Assembly (NCBI GenBank): GCA_001771185.1
Contig: METB01000001.1
Coordinates: 503,200-567,199 of the forward strand
Origin: a candidate division Kazan bacterium RIFCSPHIGHO2_01_FULL_44_14
Lineage (GTDB): Bacteria > Patescibacteriota > Kazan-3B-28
Length of the DNA: 64,000 bases
Direction: 5' to 3'
Under the pieces are notes generated by a model. It was not told where the DNA came from and made no database searches. It saw only the letters and a list, made by a program, of their open reading frames with translations. Positions within the stretch are counted from its first letter, which is position 1; each line of letters starts with the position of its first letter. Of the stretch, positions 50,628-61,982 are shown piece by piece. Both the position numbers and the translations under genes were made by a program.

Positions 50628-52661
50628 TTATTCACTATGAGCCGTAATGGCTTCTAGATTAATTCGTTTAGCCAACTCGGGATATTTTTCTAAAGTGATA
50701 TCCTCGTCCAATATAGCATTAGCCGCGTCTTGAGCCCGTTTGATGGCTCGGGTATCAGTCCAGTTGGCTAACCGATAATTGAGAAATCCGGATTGAGCAT
50801 GGCCAAAGATTGCTCCCGGACCGCGCAACTGCAAATCAAGTTCGGCCAATTTAAATCCGTCGAGGGTTTTGGCGAATAGCCCTAACCGCTCCGTAATTTC
50901 TGGGGTATGGTCGGTTGGAATCACAAAACAATATGATTGCAGTTCACTTCGGCCCACTCGACCGCGCAGTTGATGAAGTTGGCTCATCCCAAATCGTTCG
51001 GCGCCTTCAATTAACATGACGGTCGCATTGGGAATATCAATTCCGACCTCAATCACGGTGGTAGCCACTAAAATATTTAGTTTGCCGGTTTTAAAGTCCG
51101 TCATTACATCGGTTTTTTGGTCAGAAGTTAACCGGCCGTGCAACAAGCCAACTTTGGCATGCGGGAAAATCCTTTGAATATTTTTATATTCGGCTTCGGC
51201 CGATTTAGCGGAAAGTTTGGTACTGATTTCAATCAGAGGAGTAATCACGAATACTTGATGGCCATTTTCGATCTCGTTTAGCATCCGTTTGTAGGCCACC
51301 TGACGGTGGTTGGATTCTAGAGCTTGGGTGATAATTGGTTTTCGATTTAGGGGTTTGTGCGGAATGACCGAAATGTCTAAATCGCCGAATACAGTTAAAG
51401 CGAGTGAGCGGGGAATCGGAGTGGCAGTTAGTGAAATAAAATGGGGAGTTGTTCCATTGTTCATTTTGTTTTTCAGGGCTTCGCGCTGTTTAACTCCAAA
51501 CCGGTGTTGTTCATCAACGATTACCAAGTTTAAATTATTAAAATGCATACTGGTCTGGATTAACGCATGGGTACCAATAAAAACGCTGGCATTGTCTGGA
51601 CCAGCTTGATAGGCCTGGGTACGCAGGGCGCAATTCACTCCGAATTCTTTTAATAAGGGAGCAATTGAAAAGTAATGCTGACGGGCCAACACTTCAGTTG
51701 GCACCATTAAGGCCGATTGAAAGTTTTGTTTGGCGGCTAGGGTCATTAAGATGGCAACTAAAATTGTTTTGCCCGAGCCAACATCGCCTTGCAGCAAACG
51801 GTTGGTGGGTTTGCCGTCGGCTAAATCCTGCAAGATTTCCCAGAGAGCGCGTTTTTGGCCATTGGTTAATTGATAAGGCAATTTGGCCAAAATTTGTTTG
51901 ATCAATTCAATATCGGTGGCAATTGGTTCGGCTGATGCTTGTTTCAAAAATCTTTTGACACTCTGTACGGCCAATTGGGTGAGTAGTAGTTCATCAAATC
52001 CCAATCGATCTTTGGCGATTTGCAATATTTCCAAGTTTGCCGGAAAGTGAATCCCTTCTAGGGCAATGGAGAGATCGGTCAATTGATATTGTTGCCGAAT
52101 AATTGTTGGCAGGTAGTCGGGGAGTTGGCGGATAGTTGGAAGCAGGGTTTTGATTAGTCGGCGAAAGATTTTGGTAGTGATTCCTAAACTTTCTGGATAA
52201 ACTGGAACGATTCGACCGCTATGTAGGGGAGTGCGTTCTTCGCCGGCGGTTTGAGTGGGCTCTAAACTAGGACTCATTAAAATTAGTCCTTTAGCATTTC
52301 GTTCAACTTTGCCGGTCAAATAATATTCAGTTCCTTTTTTGAGGGTAGTTTTAAGGTAGGGTTGGTTAAACCAAACGACAGGGATAGAGCCGGTTTCATC
52401 GCTCAAAATCCCTTGGGTTAGCATCATCCGCCGGCGAGGAGTACGAAAGGCGGAGAAGGTGGTTAAATGTGCTCTAACCGTGGATTTGGAGCCGTCCGCC
52501 TGAAGTTCAGCGATGGGGGTTAGGTGAGTGAGGTCTTCCCAGGCCCGGGGGAGGTGGTAGAGCAGGTCAGAAACGGTTTCTAGGCCCAAAAACCCCAGTT
52601 TTTGGGCAATGGCCGGACCGATACCGGGGATTTTGGTTAGGGATGAGGTAGGGGAGAGCAT
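50628..52661 (-). CDS. recG: ATP-dependent DNA helicase RecG
   Basis: GDVGSGKT, DEQH, TATPIPR, QLRGRVGR. Confidence 0.98.
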   Translation of the reverse strand: MLSPTSSLTKIPGIGPAIAQKLGFLGLETVSDLLYHLPRAWEDLTHLTPIAELQADGSKSTVRAHLTTFSAFRTPRRRMMLTQGILSDETGSIPVVWFNQPYLKTTLKKGTEYYLTGKVERNAKGLILMSPSLEPTQTAGEERTPLHSGRIVPVYPESLGITTKIFRRLIKTLLPTIRQLPDYLPTIIRQQYQLTDLSIALEGIHFPANLEILQIAKDRLGFDELLLTQLAVQSVKRFLKQASAEPIATDIELIKQILAKLPYQLTNGQKRALWEILQDLADGKPTNRLLQGDVGSGKTILVAILMTLAAKQNFQSALMVPTEVLARQHYFSIAPLLKEFGVNCALRTQAYQAGPDNASVFIGTHALIQTSMHFNNLNLVIVDEQHRFGVKQREALKNKMNNGTTPHFISLTATPIPRSLALTVFGDLDISVIPHKPLNRKPIITQALESNHRQVAYKRMLNEIENGHQVFVITPLIEISTKLSAKSAEAEYKNIQRIFPHAKVGLLHGRLTSDQKTDVMTDFKTGKLNILVATTVIEVGIDIPNATVMLIEGAERFGMSQLHQLRGRVGRSELQSYCFVIPTDHTPEITERLGLFAKTLDGFKLAELDLQLRGPGAIFGHAQSGFLNYRLANWTDTRAIKRAQDAANAILDEDITLEKYPELAKRINLEAITAHSE

Positions 52662-54112
52662 AGGGGCAATTAAAAATTACAAATTAAAAATGACAAATGG
52701 GGGATAGGGATAAGTTAAAGGTGAAAAGTCCTCCTCCGTTCTGCTGTACAGCAGAACTACGGAAGGATCTGCGATGAAAAGTTAGGGAAGGGATAATGAC
52801 AAATTAAAAATTAAAAATGGAGGATAAGGGGAGAGTGTATCTTCAATTTAACCAATTTATCCAATCTGTACCAATCTAACCAAAGCATTGTCATCCCGAG
52901 CGTAGTCGAGGGATCTAGTGGCTAGATTTCTTCATCCCGCCAGCTGGCGGAAGTCGGGATGACGCCCATATCTGGTGAGTGTCCAATAATTGGCTCTGGG
53001 AGCGATAAAACTCTTGACTGACCCTGATAAATAGAGTATACTTAAAGGATAACAGAAGAGCGGTCCCTCGGGGGACTCGGGAACAGCGAGGGACAGCCAA
53101 AGGAGGGTGGTTATAGCAAATTAACAAACCACCGAAGAATGCAAAAATCGCAAAAAATCATCGATTTTTCCGGAATGCAGTTTGATGCCAATCGGCGTCC
53201 CAGCTGGCGTTTGCGTCAGAAATCTAGAACCATGCGGTCTCGTAATCATGTTGCTCGTAATGTTCGTACCATTGTTCAAAATATATTCGGAATGTAAGTT
53301 GGCTCTGACTCGTTCAAGCGTGTGGGTTAAAGATCGGTTTGAAAGTTTAGTGGTAGTGATGGAATCATTTACTGCGGGATTAGGACTGTAGTTTTTTTAT
53401 TTTTTCCCGTCATCCTGAACTTGTTTCAGGATCTATTTTTCTTATCCGTCATTCTGGCTTGCGTAGCCCTTCGTAGCTCGGAGAGCGTAGTAGGGTCCAG
53501 AATCTTTTTTATTTTCTTTTTCGAGCGTAGAATGACGCTCGACCCATTGGCACTTTTTGCTTGTCCAATATGCTTTTGCAACGCCTGTGTCGCGTTGCAT
53601 CGACAGCCACTTTGTCTTGGCAAAGTGGCTCAAACCGCTGGCCAACGTCCTCGGACTTATTCACTGACTAAATCTCTGGGTGTTCCCGCCGAACTCCTCC
53701 TCATTTCATTCGTCGTCAAACATGCGGCTTCACCCACCGAGATTTAGTTCAGTTCAGAACAGTCCTCGTCCTAGGGCCAATTAAGAAGAAAACAGAAGAC
53801 ACAGTTTGTTCGATGGGTCTTGGATGAAATTGGCCCTTCAGTGAAGGGTTGTTCTGAATTGAGCTAAATCCTCGTTACAGGGAGATGTTTGAGTCCTGCT
53901 GTCCAGCAGGACGAGTTTCGACCATTAGCAGAAAGAGGATTTAGCCAATGAATAGACCCGGAACTGTCCGGGCCACGGCTTCCCGCCTGCAACGCTATGC
54001 CAGCCCGTAGTAGATACAACGTTTCTGGTGGGAGTAGGCATTGCGGGCAGGTTGTTACTTTCCTTTGGGACGGAAAGTAACGGCGGGTTGAGCGTCGCCT
54101 TGCGCTCAAAAA

Positions 54113-55303
54113 CTATTTCAACTGCAAAAATTTTCTCTTCCCAACTTGAATGATGGTGCCTTTTTTGGGAATCACTTCAAAGTTAGCATCTGAAATTACC
54201 TGGTGGTCAACTTTGACACCGCGTTGTTCAATTAATCGTTTAGCATCGGATTTAGAACTGGCCAAGTTGCTCTCGACTAACAGGTCAGCCAATCCCCTAG
54301 CTTTTTTTAAATTATACGATTCCATTTCGTCTGGCTCACCTTTGGTTCTAAAGACCCGAACGAAGTTTTCTTCGGCTTTTTTAGCTAACATCTCACCGTG
54401 ATACATCGAAGCGATAGCAAAGGCCAGTCGCATTTTAATATCGCGAGGGTTGGTCTTGGTAGATTTCAGCAACTTTTTGATTGCACTTAATTCATTGGCC
54501 GAGATATTGGTTGCCATTTCAAAATATGTGGCGATGCATGAATCCGGCAAAGACATAATTTTACCGTACTGGCTATTAGCATCTTCAGTAATCCCGATAT
54601 CATTGCCCAAACTCTGGCTCATTTTTTGTTTGCCGTCTAAACCAACTAATAATGGGACGGCAATAATTGCTTGCGGGGCCTGGCCGAAATCAACTTGCAA
54701 ATCTCGACCACGCATTTCATTAAAGATTTGGTCAGTACCAATTACTGTGGCATCACTTTCAATCGCGACAGAATCGTAGCCCTGCAACATCGGATAGATT
54801 GGTTCATGGAAACCAATTTCAAGTCCTGCCTTCATTCGTTTTTGGAACATGTCTCGCTCAATCATTTGAGCATAAGTAAAATGTCCCATTAGTCGGATTA
54901 AATCTTCGGCCGACATTTTGTCTAACCATTCACCGTTGTAGCGGATTTCGGTCTTTTTCGGGTCTAAAATCGTTAAGGCCTGGCGAATGTAATGTTCGCT
55001 CATTTTTTTAACTTCTCGGGCGTCGCGTAAAGTGCGGGTTTTTTCTTTGCCAGTCGGGTCACCGAATCTGGCGGTAAAATCACCAATCACATAGGCCACA
55101 GTGTGGCCGAGTTCCTGGAACTCGCGGAGTTTGTGATAGACAACCGAGTAACCCAAATGTAAATCGGGTGTGGTTGGGTCCACGCCATGTTTAATCCGCA
55201 GTTTCCGACCAGAGCCAAGTTTGGCTCGAAGTTCTTTCTCGCCGATGATTTTATCAACTCGACGAGTCAGCAGTTCTTTTAATTGAGATTGACTGGGTTT
55301 CAT
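54113..55303 (-). CDS. tyrS: Tyrosine-tRNA ligase
   Basis: HLGY (HIGH), KMSQS (KMSKS), C-terminal S4 domain. Confidence 0.97.
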   Translation of the reverse strand: MKPSQSQLKELLTRRVDKIIGEKELRAKLGSGRKLRIKHGVDPTTPDLHLGYSVVYHKLREFQELGHTVAYVIGDFTARFGDPTGKEKTRTLRDAREVKKMSEHYIRQALTILDPKKTEIRYNGEWLDKMSAEDLIRLMGHFTYAQMIERDMFQKRMKAGLEIGFHEPIYPMLQGYDSVAIESDATVIGTDQIFNEMRGRDLQVDFGQAPQAIIAVPLLVGLDGKQKMSQSLGNDIGITEDANSQYGKIMSLPDSCIATYFEMATNISANELSAIKKLLKSTKTNPRDIKMRLAFAIASMYHGEMLAKKAEENFVRVFRTKGEPDEMESYNLKKARGLADLLVESNLASSKSDAKRLIEQRGVKVDHQVISDANFEVIPKKGTIIQVGKRKFLQLK

Positions 55304-55315
55304 GAATTTATCGTA

Positions 55316-55777
55316 TCAATTGCGAGGCGGGAAAATATATTCATCAATCTTGGTATCAGTATTGTTGATATAGTTTTCGATGGTGTGGCTAATCCTGGTA
55401 CCTAAATTTAATTGCAATGCTTCTTCGGGGGTGAACCAGGCCAATTCAGTGATTTCTGTAAGATCGGCTTGAGTATCTGAATTGGTTGCTTCACAGAGGA
55501 AGTGAAAAAATACTAATTGGGTTGCTCGATGAAAGTCAGGGTCATCGACAAGATTACCCATATTGATACATCTAATCACTTTAGTGTCGAGGCCGGTTTC
55601 TTCTTTCACTTCGCGTACGGCAGCATCGGCTAACGATTCGCGATAGTCAACATGGCCACCAGGGATAAGCCAGGTGTTATTCCATTTAGGTGAGCGGATA
55701 AGCAAAACCTTACCTTCGGAATTTACCACGAGGCCAGAAGCGACTACTTCAACTTGTCCTGGAAGCCGTTCATTCAC
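55316..55777 (-). CDS. NUDIX hydrolase (start uncertain)
   Basis: GGHVDYRESLADAAVREVKEETG. Confidence 0.9.
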   Translation of the reverse strand: MNERLPGQVEVVASGLVVNSEGKVLLIRSPKWNNTWLIPGGHVDYRESLADAAVREVKEETGLDTKVIRCINMGNLVDDPDFHRATQLVFFHFLCEATNSDTQADLTEITELAWFTPEEALQLNLGTRISHTIENYINNTDTKIDEYIFPPRN

Positions 55778-56157
55778 CCTGATATTGTAGCAGAACGCCA
55801 AATTGATCGGATGATATTGTAGCGGTAGATTATTCCTTATCCGTCATCCTCGGGCTTGCGTCAGCCCTCCGTAGCTCGGAGAGCGAAGGATGGGAGCCCG
55901 GGGATCCCCGCCCGAATGTACCATTCAGTACGGGCGGGCAGACCAAAAAAGATTTTTTTGGCTTCGTCAGCTGACGAATGACCGATATAGGGTCGTATCC
56001 CCATCTGGGGCGGACCCCCCTTCGCTCAAAAGCTACGGATGGGCAGGGTGCTATAATGTAAGCCGTTACTGGTTTAATATCCAAATTCCAAATTTCAAAC
56101 TCCAAAGGAGATGTCCCTATTTGGTTATTGTGATTTGATGATTGATTATTACGAGCA

Positions 56158-58698
56158 ATGAGCGAGTTAATGCCTTTTGGGCCAAATTACGACAAAATCA
56201 GGCAAAAAATGATTGGTCGGCGAGTGATTCGTAAGACCAAGAAGAAATTGTTTGCCTGGCTGACACCGCTAGGGATTTACAATCCTCCCCGGCTGATTTT
56301 GGCGATTGGAATTGCATTGTTATTTATTTTTAGTTTCTTTACGGCAATTTTCTCGATCGGGCTCCCCAATCCGGCACGATTAACGATTTATGCAGCGACC
56401 GAATCAACCAAAGTATTTGATCGTAATGGAGTGGTGCTGTACGACATCTTCAATGAGAAAAAACGCACTACAGTCCCCTTTGATCAAATTCCAGAAATAG
56501 CCAAACAAGCCACAATCGCAATTGAAGATAAAGATTTTTATCATCACAAAGGTTTTGATATCAAAGGTTTACTGCGCGGATTAATCCTCAAACCATTAAC
56601 CGGCAGTGGATTTCAAGGTGGTTCAACCATTACCCAGCAGTTTGTTAAAAATGCGTTGCTTAGTTCTAGCCGGACAATCACACGTAAGACCCGGGAATTA
56701 ATTTTAGCGTTTGAAATTGAACAAATGTATTCCAAGGACAAAATTTTGGAATTGTATTTGAACGAAATCCCGTATGGTAATGCGGCTTACGGACTGCAAG
56801 CTGCCGCGCAAACTTATTTTGGTAAGGATGTGAAAGATATTACTTTGCCAGAAGCAGCGCTGTTAGCTGCCTTGCCTCAAGCTCCGAGTCGATACTCCCC
56901 TTACGGTCAAAATCCGGATTTGCTGATGGCGAGGAAGGATTTAGTGTTGAGCCAGATGCTTAAGCAGGGCTATATTACCGCCAAAGAAATGGATGAGGCC
57001 AAGACGGCGGAGATTGTAATCCAGCCACGCAAGGACTCGATTCGGGCACCGCATTTCGTAATGTATGTTAAGGAACTGTTGGCGGATAAATACGGTGAAA
57101 AAGCAGTTGAGGAAGGCGGTTGGAAAATTACTACCACTTTGGATTGGGACAAACAAAAAGCTGCCGAGGATGCGATTACGACTTACGGTGAATCGAATAT
57201 GACTAGGTATAAGGCCAGTAATGAATCGTTGGTTTCGATTGATCCAAATACGGGTGAAATTTTAGCGATGGTGGGAAGCCGAGATTATTTGAATATGGAA
57301 ATTGATGGTCAGTTGAATGTAGCATTAAGACCGCGACAGCCCGGTTCAGCAATTAAACCAATTGTCTATGCCACGGCCTTCAAGAAAAATTATGGGCCAG
57401 CCACAATGTTAACGGATGTGTCGACTAATTTTGGTCAGGGCTATCAGCCGCGAAATTATGACGGAACTTTTCAGGGTCCGTTGCCGATTCGGGAAGCGTT
57501 GGCAAATTCAATCAATATTCCAGCGGTTAAGACATTGGCTTATGCCGGAATTCAAGATGTGATTGATACGGCTCATGATATGGGGATTACAACTTTAAAT
57601 GACGGACCAGACCGATATGGTTTGTCGTTAACTCTGGGGGGTGGGGAAGTGACCTTGCTAGACCTGACTTCGGCGTATGGTGTATTTGCAACTGGCGGGA
57701 TGTATTCCAAGCCGATGGCAATTTTGAAAGTGGAAGATAAAAATGGCCGGGTACTGGATAAATTTGAACCGGATAAGCCCAAGCGCGTATTGGATGCGCA
57801 GGTGGCTTATCTAATCAACAACATTCTATCAGATGACAGTGCTCGGGCGCGGATTTTCGGAATGGGTGGTCCGTTAACTTTATCGGGCAGAACGGTAGCG
57901 GCGAAAACAGGGACAACTAATGAATATAAAGATGGTTGGACAATTGGTTATACGCCTGATTTAGTGGCCGGGGTGTGGGCCGGAAACAATCGGGGCGAAT
58001 CAATGACGGCGGCCTCGGGACTAGTAGCCGCACCGACTTGGAATAAATATATGCGGACGGCGTTAGCGGGAGTTGGGAATAAATCATTCCCGCGTCCTGA
58101 CGGGATTCGGGAAGTGGAAGTAGATTCGTTATCGGGCAAATTGCCAACTGACGCATCACTAACTAAAAAGACCGAAGTGTTTTCTAGCTGGGGTGTACCA
58201 ACCGAAAGTGACGATATTCATGTCAAAGTCAAAGTGATGGCGTCTGATCCAACTAAGTTGGCACCTTCGGACGCGCCAACTGATTTAGTAATTGATAAAA
58301 TCTTTACGGTGATTCATTCGGAACGGCCAGATAATTCCAATTGGGAAAATCCAGTAATCGCCTGGGCCAAGGGACACGATATGAATAATGTTCCAACCGA
58401 GACCTATTCTGGTTCGTATGATGGGATGTTGGGTGGTGGAATTGGTCTGGTCTCCCCTACCGCCAATCAAAAAATTACTGGCGATTTTGCGGTGGCAGCT
58501 ACCGTTGGTGATGCTAGTGATGCTAAGCGGGTGGACTTTTTATATGACGATGTATTGATGGGCCAGGTTAATTCGCCCGGACCGTACACTTACACAATTG
58601 AGCCACCGAAGTTGGATGGGAAAATCCATACGGTGAAAGTACGATTGGTCAGAAGTGATTCAACAACTGCGGAAGCAAGTGTGTCGGTAACAAGTTAG
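56158..58698 (+). CDS. Class A penicillin-binding protein (PBP1A family)
   Basis: EDKDFY and GGSTITQQ transglycosylase motifs; SAIK, SIN and KTGT transpeptidase motifs. Confidence 0.96.
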   Translation: MSELMPFGPNYDKIRQKMIGRRVIRKTKKKLFAWLTPLGIYNPPRLILAIGIALLFIFSFFTAIFSIGLPNPARLTIYAATESTKVFDRNGVVLYDIFNEKKRTTVPFDQIPEIAKQATIAIEDKDFYHHKGFDIKGLLRGLILKPLTGSGFQGGSTITQQFVKNALLSSSRTITRKTRELILAFEIEQMYSKDKILELYLNEIPYGNAAYGLQAAAQTYFGKDVKDITLPEAALLAALPQAPSRYSPYGQNPDLLMARKDLVLSQMLKQGYITAKEMDEAKTAEIVIQPRKDSIRAPHFVMYVKELLADKYGEKAVEEGGWKITTTLDWDKQKAAEDAITTYGESNMTRYKASNESLVSIDPNTGEILAMVGSRDYLNMEIDGQLNVALRPRQPGSAIKPIVYATAFKKNYGPATMLTDVSTNFGQGYQPRNYDGTFQGPLPIREALANSINIPAVKTLAYAGIQDVIDTAHDMGITTLNDGPDRYGLSLTLGGGEVTLLDLTSAYGVFATGGMYSKPMAILKVEDKNGRVLDKFEPDKPKRVLDAQVAYLINNILSDDSARARIFGMGGPLTLSGRTVAAKTGTTNEYKDGWTIGYTPDLVAGVWAGNNRGESMTAASGLVAAPTWNKYMRTALAGVGNKSFPRPDGIREVEVDSLSGKLPTDASLTKKTEVFSSWGVPTESDDIHVKVKVMASDPTKLAPSDAPTDLVIDKIFTVIHSERPDNSNWENPVIAWAKGHDMNNVPTETYSGSYDGMLGGGIGLVSPTANQKITGDFAVAATVGDASDAKRVDFLYDDVLMGQVNSPGPYTYTIEPPKLDGKIHTVKVRLVRSDSTTAEASVSVTS

Positions 58699-58958
58699 TG
58701 GATAAGAATATACTTAAATGTCATTGCGAGGAGTCCCGGTAAACCGGGACGACGTGGCAATCTATTTTTCTTATCCGTCATTCTAAGTTTGTCGAAGAAT
58801 CTAATCCCGGCAGGCCGGGATGTTATATTCCTTAACTTTTAACTTACATCAGACACCGGATGTCTGATGTAATTTTATTATGCAAAAGGCGGCCGAAAGG
58901 CCGCCTTTGAAGTTGACACAAAAAGTGCAGATAACTAATCCTAGTTTTTATTTTAAAT

Positions 58959-59624
58959 CTAATTTTCTGACGGGGGACTATTATATGCCTGCATAATCCC
59001 AGTGTGAAAATCGACTTGGCGGTTAGGTGGGATTTTAAAAACGCGGATGAGGGTTTCAGTTTGAGTCCATTGGAGCAAACGCTCTGGCGGAGTTGGTATT
59101 GGATAACAATCGGTTGGCACATCTTGCAGTTCAAAACAATGCTGAGTGATGACTAAGATGTTATTCGGAGCCGGAATCCAAAACCCACTTGGGTAATGAG
59201 ACGACCGACCAAATGTCATCGGAAAGTACGTGGTTCCGTCTCTGAATACTCGCATTAACCTTAGAATCACTTGCCCCAATGTTTCTTGCTCGGAAAATAC
59301 GACCGAGTTCCATGGCTGGATTCCACCCTGGATACAAAATATCGATTGGCCCCAGAGTCGCAATCTAATCGCCTGATGCCCCGCAGCGGCTTTGTCTGGG
59401 TCGAACTTTGATGGATGCGACAGATAAGTGTTGTTATATGAAGCAAACAATATTGGGCATCCACTTGTTACTACCACCTTTGTGTCATCTTCCAAGATTG
59501 AGATGGGCTCGTTAAAATCCTGCTCTTGTCGATGTTGGGCGACGGCGTTTGTTCGATGCTGGATGTTCTTAAAAAACGGGAACTCTTTTAACAACGATTT
59601 CAAAGTACTCTCGTCCTTGCTCAT
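58959..59624 (-). CDS. Hypothetical protein
   Basis: AAGGGAG RBS; downstream hairpin. Confidence 0.6.
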   Translation of the reverse strand: MSKDESTLKSLLKEFPFFKNIQHRTNAVAQHRQEQDFNEPISILEDDTKVVVTSGCPILFASYNNTYLSHPSKFDPDKAAAGHQAIRLRLWGQSIFCIQGGIQPWNSVVFSEQETLGQVILRLMRVFRDGTTYFPMTFGRSSHYPSGFWIPAPNNILVITQHCFELQDVPTDCYPIPTPPERLLQWTQTETLIRVFKIPPNRQVDFHTGIMQAYNSPPSEN

Positions 59625-59853
59625 GTTAGGAATCTCCCTTCAATGACACTCCGAACTTCGGAGGAGCTTGTCATCTAGTCAGTTTGGTAAGGTGCTGACA
59701 ACCTGGATTCTTTAGCATACACCCGTCTTGGGGCATCCCGTAATCAATAAGGTTGCTATATCTGGTGGGGCATGGTAAGGTGTGTGCACGCAATCCTGCT
59801 GGACGGCAGGATTGGGAATAGTTGTTATATTAGGTTAAGTAGGGAGATTTCAT

Positions 59854-60039
59854 ATGAACGACGAAATGAATACGACTCCGGCTGACGATCAAGCTACTCC
59901 GGCCGTGTCGGCTGATGCCGAGATGGAGGCCGAGGTGACGGCAGAGGAAGCTGAAGCCGAGGCCGAGACCCCAGTGGCCGAGGCAGTTGAGGCCGAAGAG
60001 GTTTCGGAAGAAGGTTCCGACGAAGTAGCAACAGCTTAA
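59854..60039 (+). CDS. Small acidic low-complexity protein
   Basis: GGGAG RBS; Glu/Ala-rich 61 aa. Confidence 0.6.
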   Translation: MNDEMNTTPADDQATPAVSADAEMEAEVTAEEAEAEAETPVAEAVEAEEVSEEGSDEVATA

Positions 60040-60154
60040 GTAGTTATCTCTCGAGAGGGACCCAGTGGGTTCCCTCTCGACGACCGTTGGCTAAGCCAAG
60101 TTTCGCTTTGCTCAACCAAGCGGTCTGCTCTCCCTCCCTTTTGGGACGAAGAGA

Positions 60155-60190
60155 AAAAACCGTTCTGCCATATGGCAGAACGGTTTTTTT
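60155..60190. terminator. Bidirectional intrinsic terminator
   Basis: AAAAACCGTTCTGCC-ATAT-GGCAGAACGGTTTTTTT. Confidence 0.8.
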
Positions 60191-60358
60191 GGTTGGACTT
60201 GACGGTGGGCAAATTCAACCATATCTTGGGTTAGCGGACAGAGGGTTCCTGTTCGTTGTACCTCCTATCCCTCGGCGCTAACAAGCGTCGAGGGTGTTTT
60301 TAATGTGCTACAATAATTCGTCGAGTTGTAATTTACCAATTTGCAGGAGGAAATGGGC

Positions 60359-60616
60359 ATGAATTTTGCTCAAGTTGAGATGCAGACCAAGTTGGCCAAG
60401 ACCCCTGAAGAACTTTTGGCTTTGCTGACGGAAGTGACGGCTCCGATTTCCTGGTTGGGTTTCAAACAGTCGGGCGAAGCATCGAAAGTGCTTAAACTGA
60501 TCGAGAATCGCAATCGTCAAGTCGCCGAAGCGAGAACACAGGCAATCGAGATTGCCAGGCAAGAGGTACAGAACAAGATTGGTCACATTCGAAAGTTCCC
60601 GAATGCTTACAGCTAA
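60359..60616 (+). CDS. Hypothetical helical protein
   Basis: AGGAGG RBS 8 nt before ATG. Confidence 0.6.
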   Translation: MNFAQVEMQTKLAKTPEELLALLTEVTAPISWLGFKQSGEASKVLKLIENRNRQVAEARTQAIEIARQEVQNKIGHIRKFPNAYS

Positions 60617-61229
60617 ATGGACGAGGGGACTTTTCTGTCACGTTGGGGTCGTGATATAGTGAGACCGTAGTTTGGTTTATCTCCCTTTCCCTGCATTTTG
60701 CACCTACATCCACGCCCCGTTGACCTCGCCGTAATCTTCTTATGGCGGGGTCTTCTTCTGGCTCTGGAAGCGGATAATGCTTGACAGAGGCGGGGATAGG
60801 TGTATAATGGGGGTACTTTATTGTTCCTTAAGGAGGCAAAGGTGATGAGAAGAATACGAACGTGTGAGTCGGCAACCGCCGGCACACAAAATGGTTACAG
60901 CATCAGGACCTAACGATCGGTCCGCGACGGGTAGCAACTAACTAACGGCCACACCGAGTATCGGATGCAAACTTTATCGCGCCACTCGGTCGGATCATGA
61001 TAGGCTACCCACAGTTTCTGATTTTTCACATTAGTTTCTGATTTTTCACATTTTTCGACTTTCGTTCTTCGTACAATTCTTTTCTTTTGGAGGTCACGTA
61101 CATCATGCGTAGAATCTTCAAGTTTCCTGTCTAAAGCGGGATGCCACCCGCGAAGAAAATGGCAAATTGGTTTGATTGAACATGACCCGCTGGCAATCGT
61201 CAGCGGGTTTTTTCTTGTATGATTAATTT

Positions 61230-61550
61230 ATGAATCCAAAACTTTTATGGATAGTGGGAGGAGTTGTAATTGTTGGTGTGGGAATTTGGTTTGTGGTTAG
61301 GACCAATCGGTCGGAAGCGGAGAATCCGCCAAAAGACGATATTGCAACCGAGCAGGATGCATCGCCGTCAACTAATTCGACGCCAACCTCATCTAACAAT
61401 GCTCAACCGACTAACACGGCTAAATCCACGACTACTTATTTGCCAAGTCAAACGCCGTGGGCGCAAGGGCCAAGTGACCAAACCATTCCGTCATCGAACG
61501 GAGGAACCATTCCACAACAAACTCCATGGTCGCAAGGGCCAAGTGATTAA
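61230..61550 (+). CDS. Membrane-anchored S/T/P-rich protein with two QTPW(A/S)QGPSD repeats
   Basis: N-terminal TM segment; repeated motif. Confidence 0.7.
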   Translation: MNPKLLWIVGGVVIVGVGIWFVVRTNRSEAENPPKDDIATEQDASPSTNSTPTSSNNAQPTNTAKSTTTYLPSQTPWAQGPSDQTIPSSNGGTIPQQTPWSQGPSD

Positions 61551-61676
61551 TAGTTCCAGGGTTGGTTATTGTGGTTGGACTTTTTCAGGTGAAGGAGTTA
61601 GTCATGGGATAGAGGTAAAATTAGGACGATGCAAGATAAATCTTGGGGATTGACAATATAGCAATTTTGTTATATT

Positions 61677-61982
61677 ATGAAAATAGAGCTGAAAATCATA
61701 GAATACGTTGCGGACTTTTTGAATGACTTGCCAGCGGAGTTGTACGCTAGGTGTGTGAAAAAGTTAAAACTTTTTGAAGAATATGGTTTTTTCCTGACGA
61801 ATACGGATCTTAAGAAGATTAATAAAAATCTCTGGGAGTTGCGAACGAAAAATACTCGGATTTTAATGGGCAAAACGGGAGATACCATCTGGGCAGTACA
61901 CGCTTTTTATAAAAAGACCAATAAAACTCCCAAGAAGGAAATAGATTTAGCTGGGAAACGTTTAGAGAAGTTAAAAAAATGA
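61677..61982 (+). CDS. RelE/ParE (Gp49-like) toxin
   Basis: LWELR, HAFYKKTNKTPKKEI. Confidence 0.9.
   Translation: MKIELKIIEYVADFLNDLPAELYARCVKKLKLFEEYGFFLTNTDLKKINKNLWELRTKNTRILMGKTGDTIWAVHAFYKKTNKTPKKEIDLAGKRLEKLKK

Noticed and set aside
55303-55830. T-box leader for tyrS
   Set aside because: tyrS directly follows a NUDIX gene and no T-box motif was recognised
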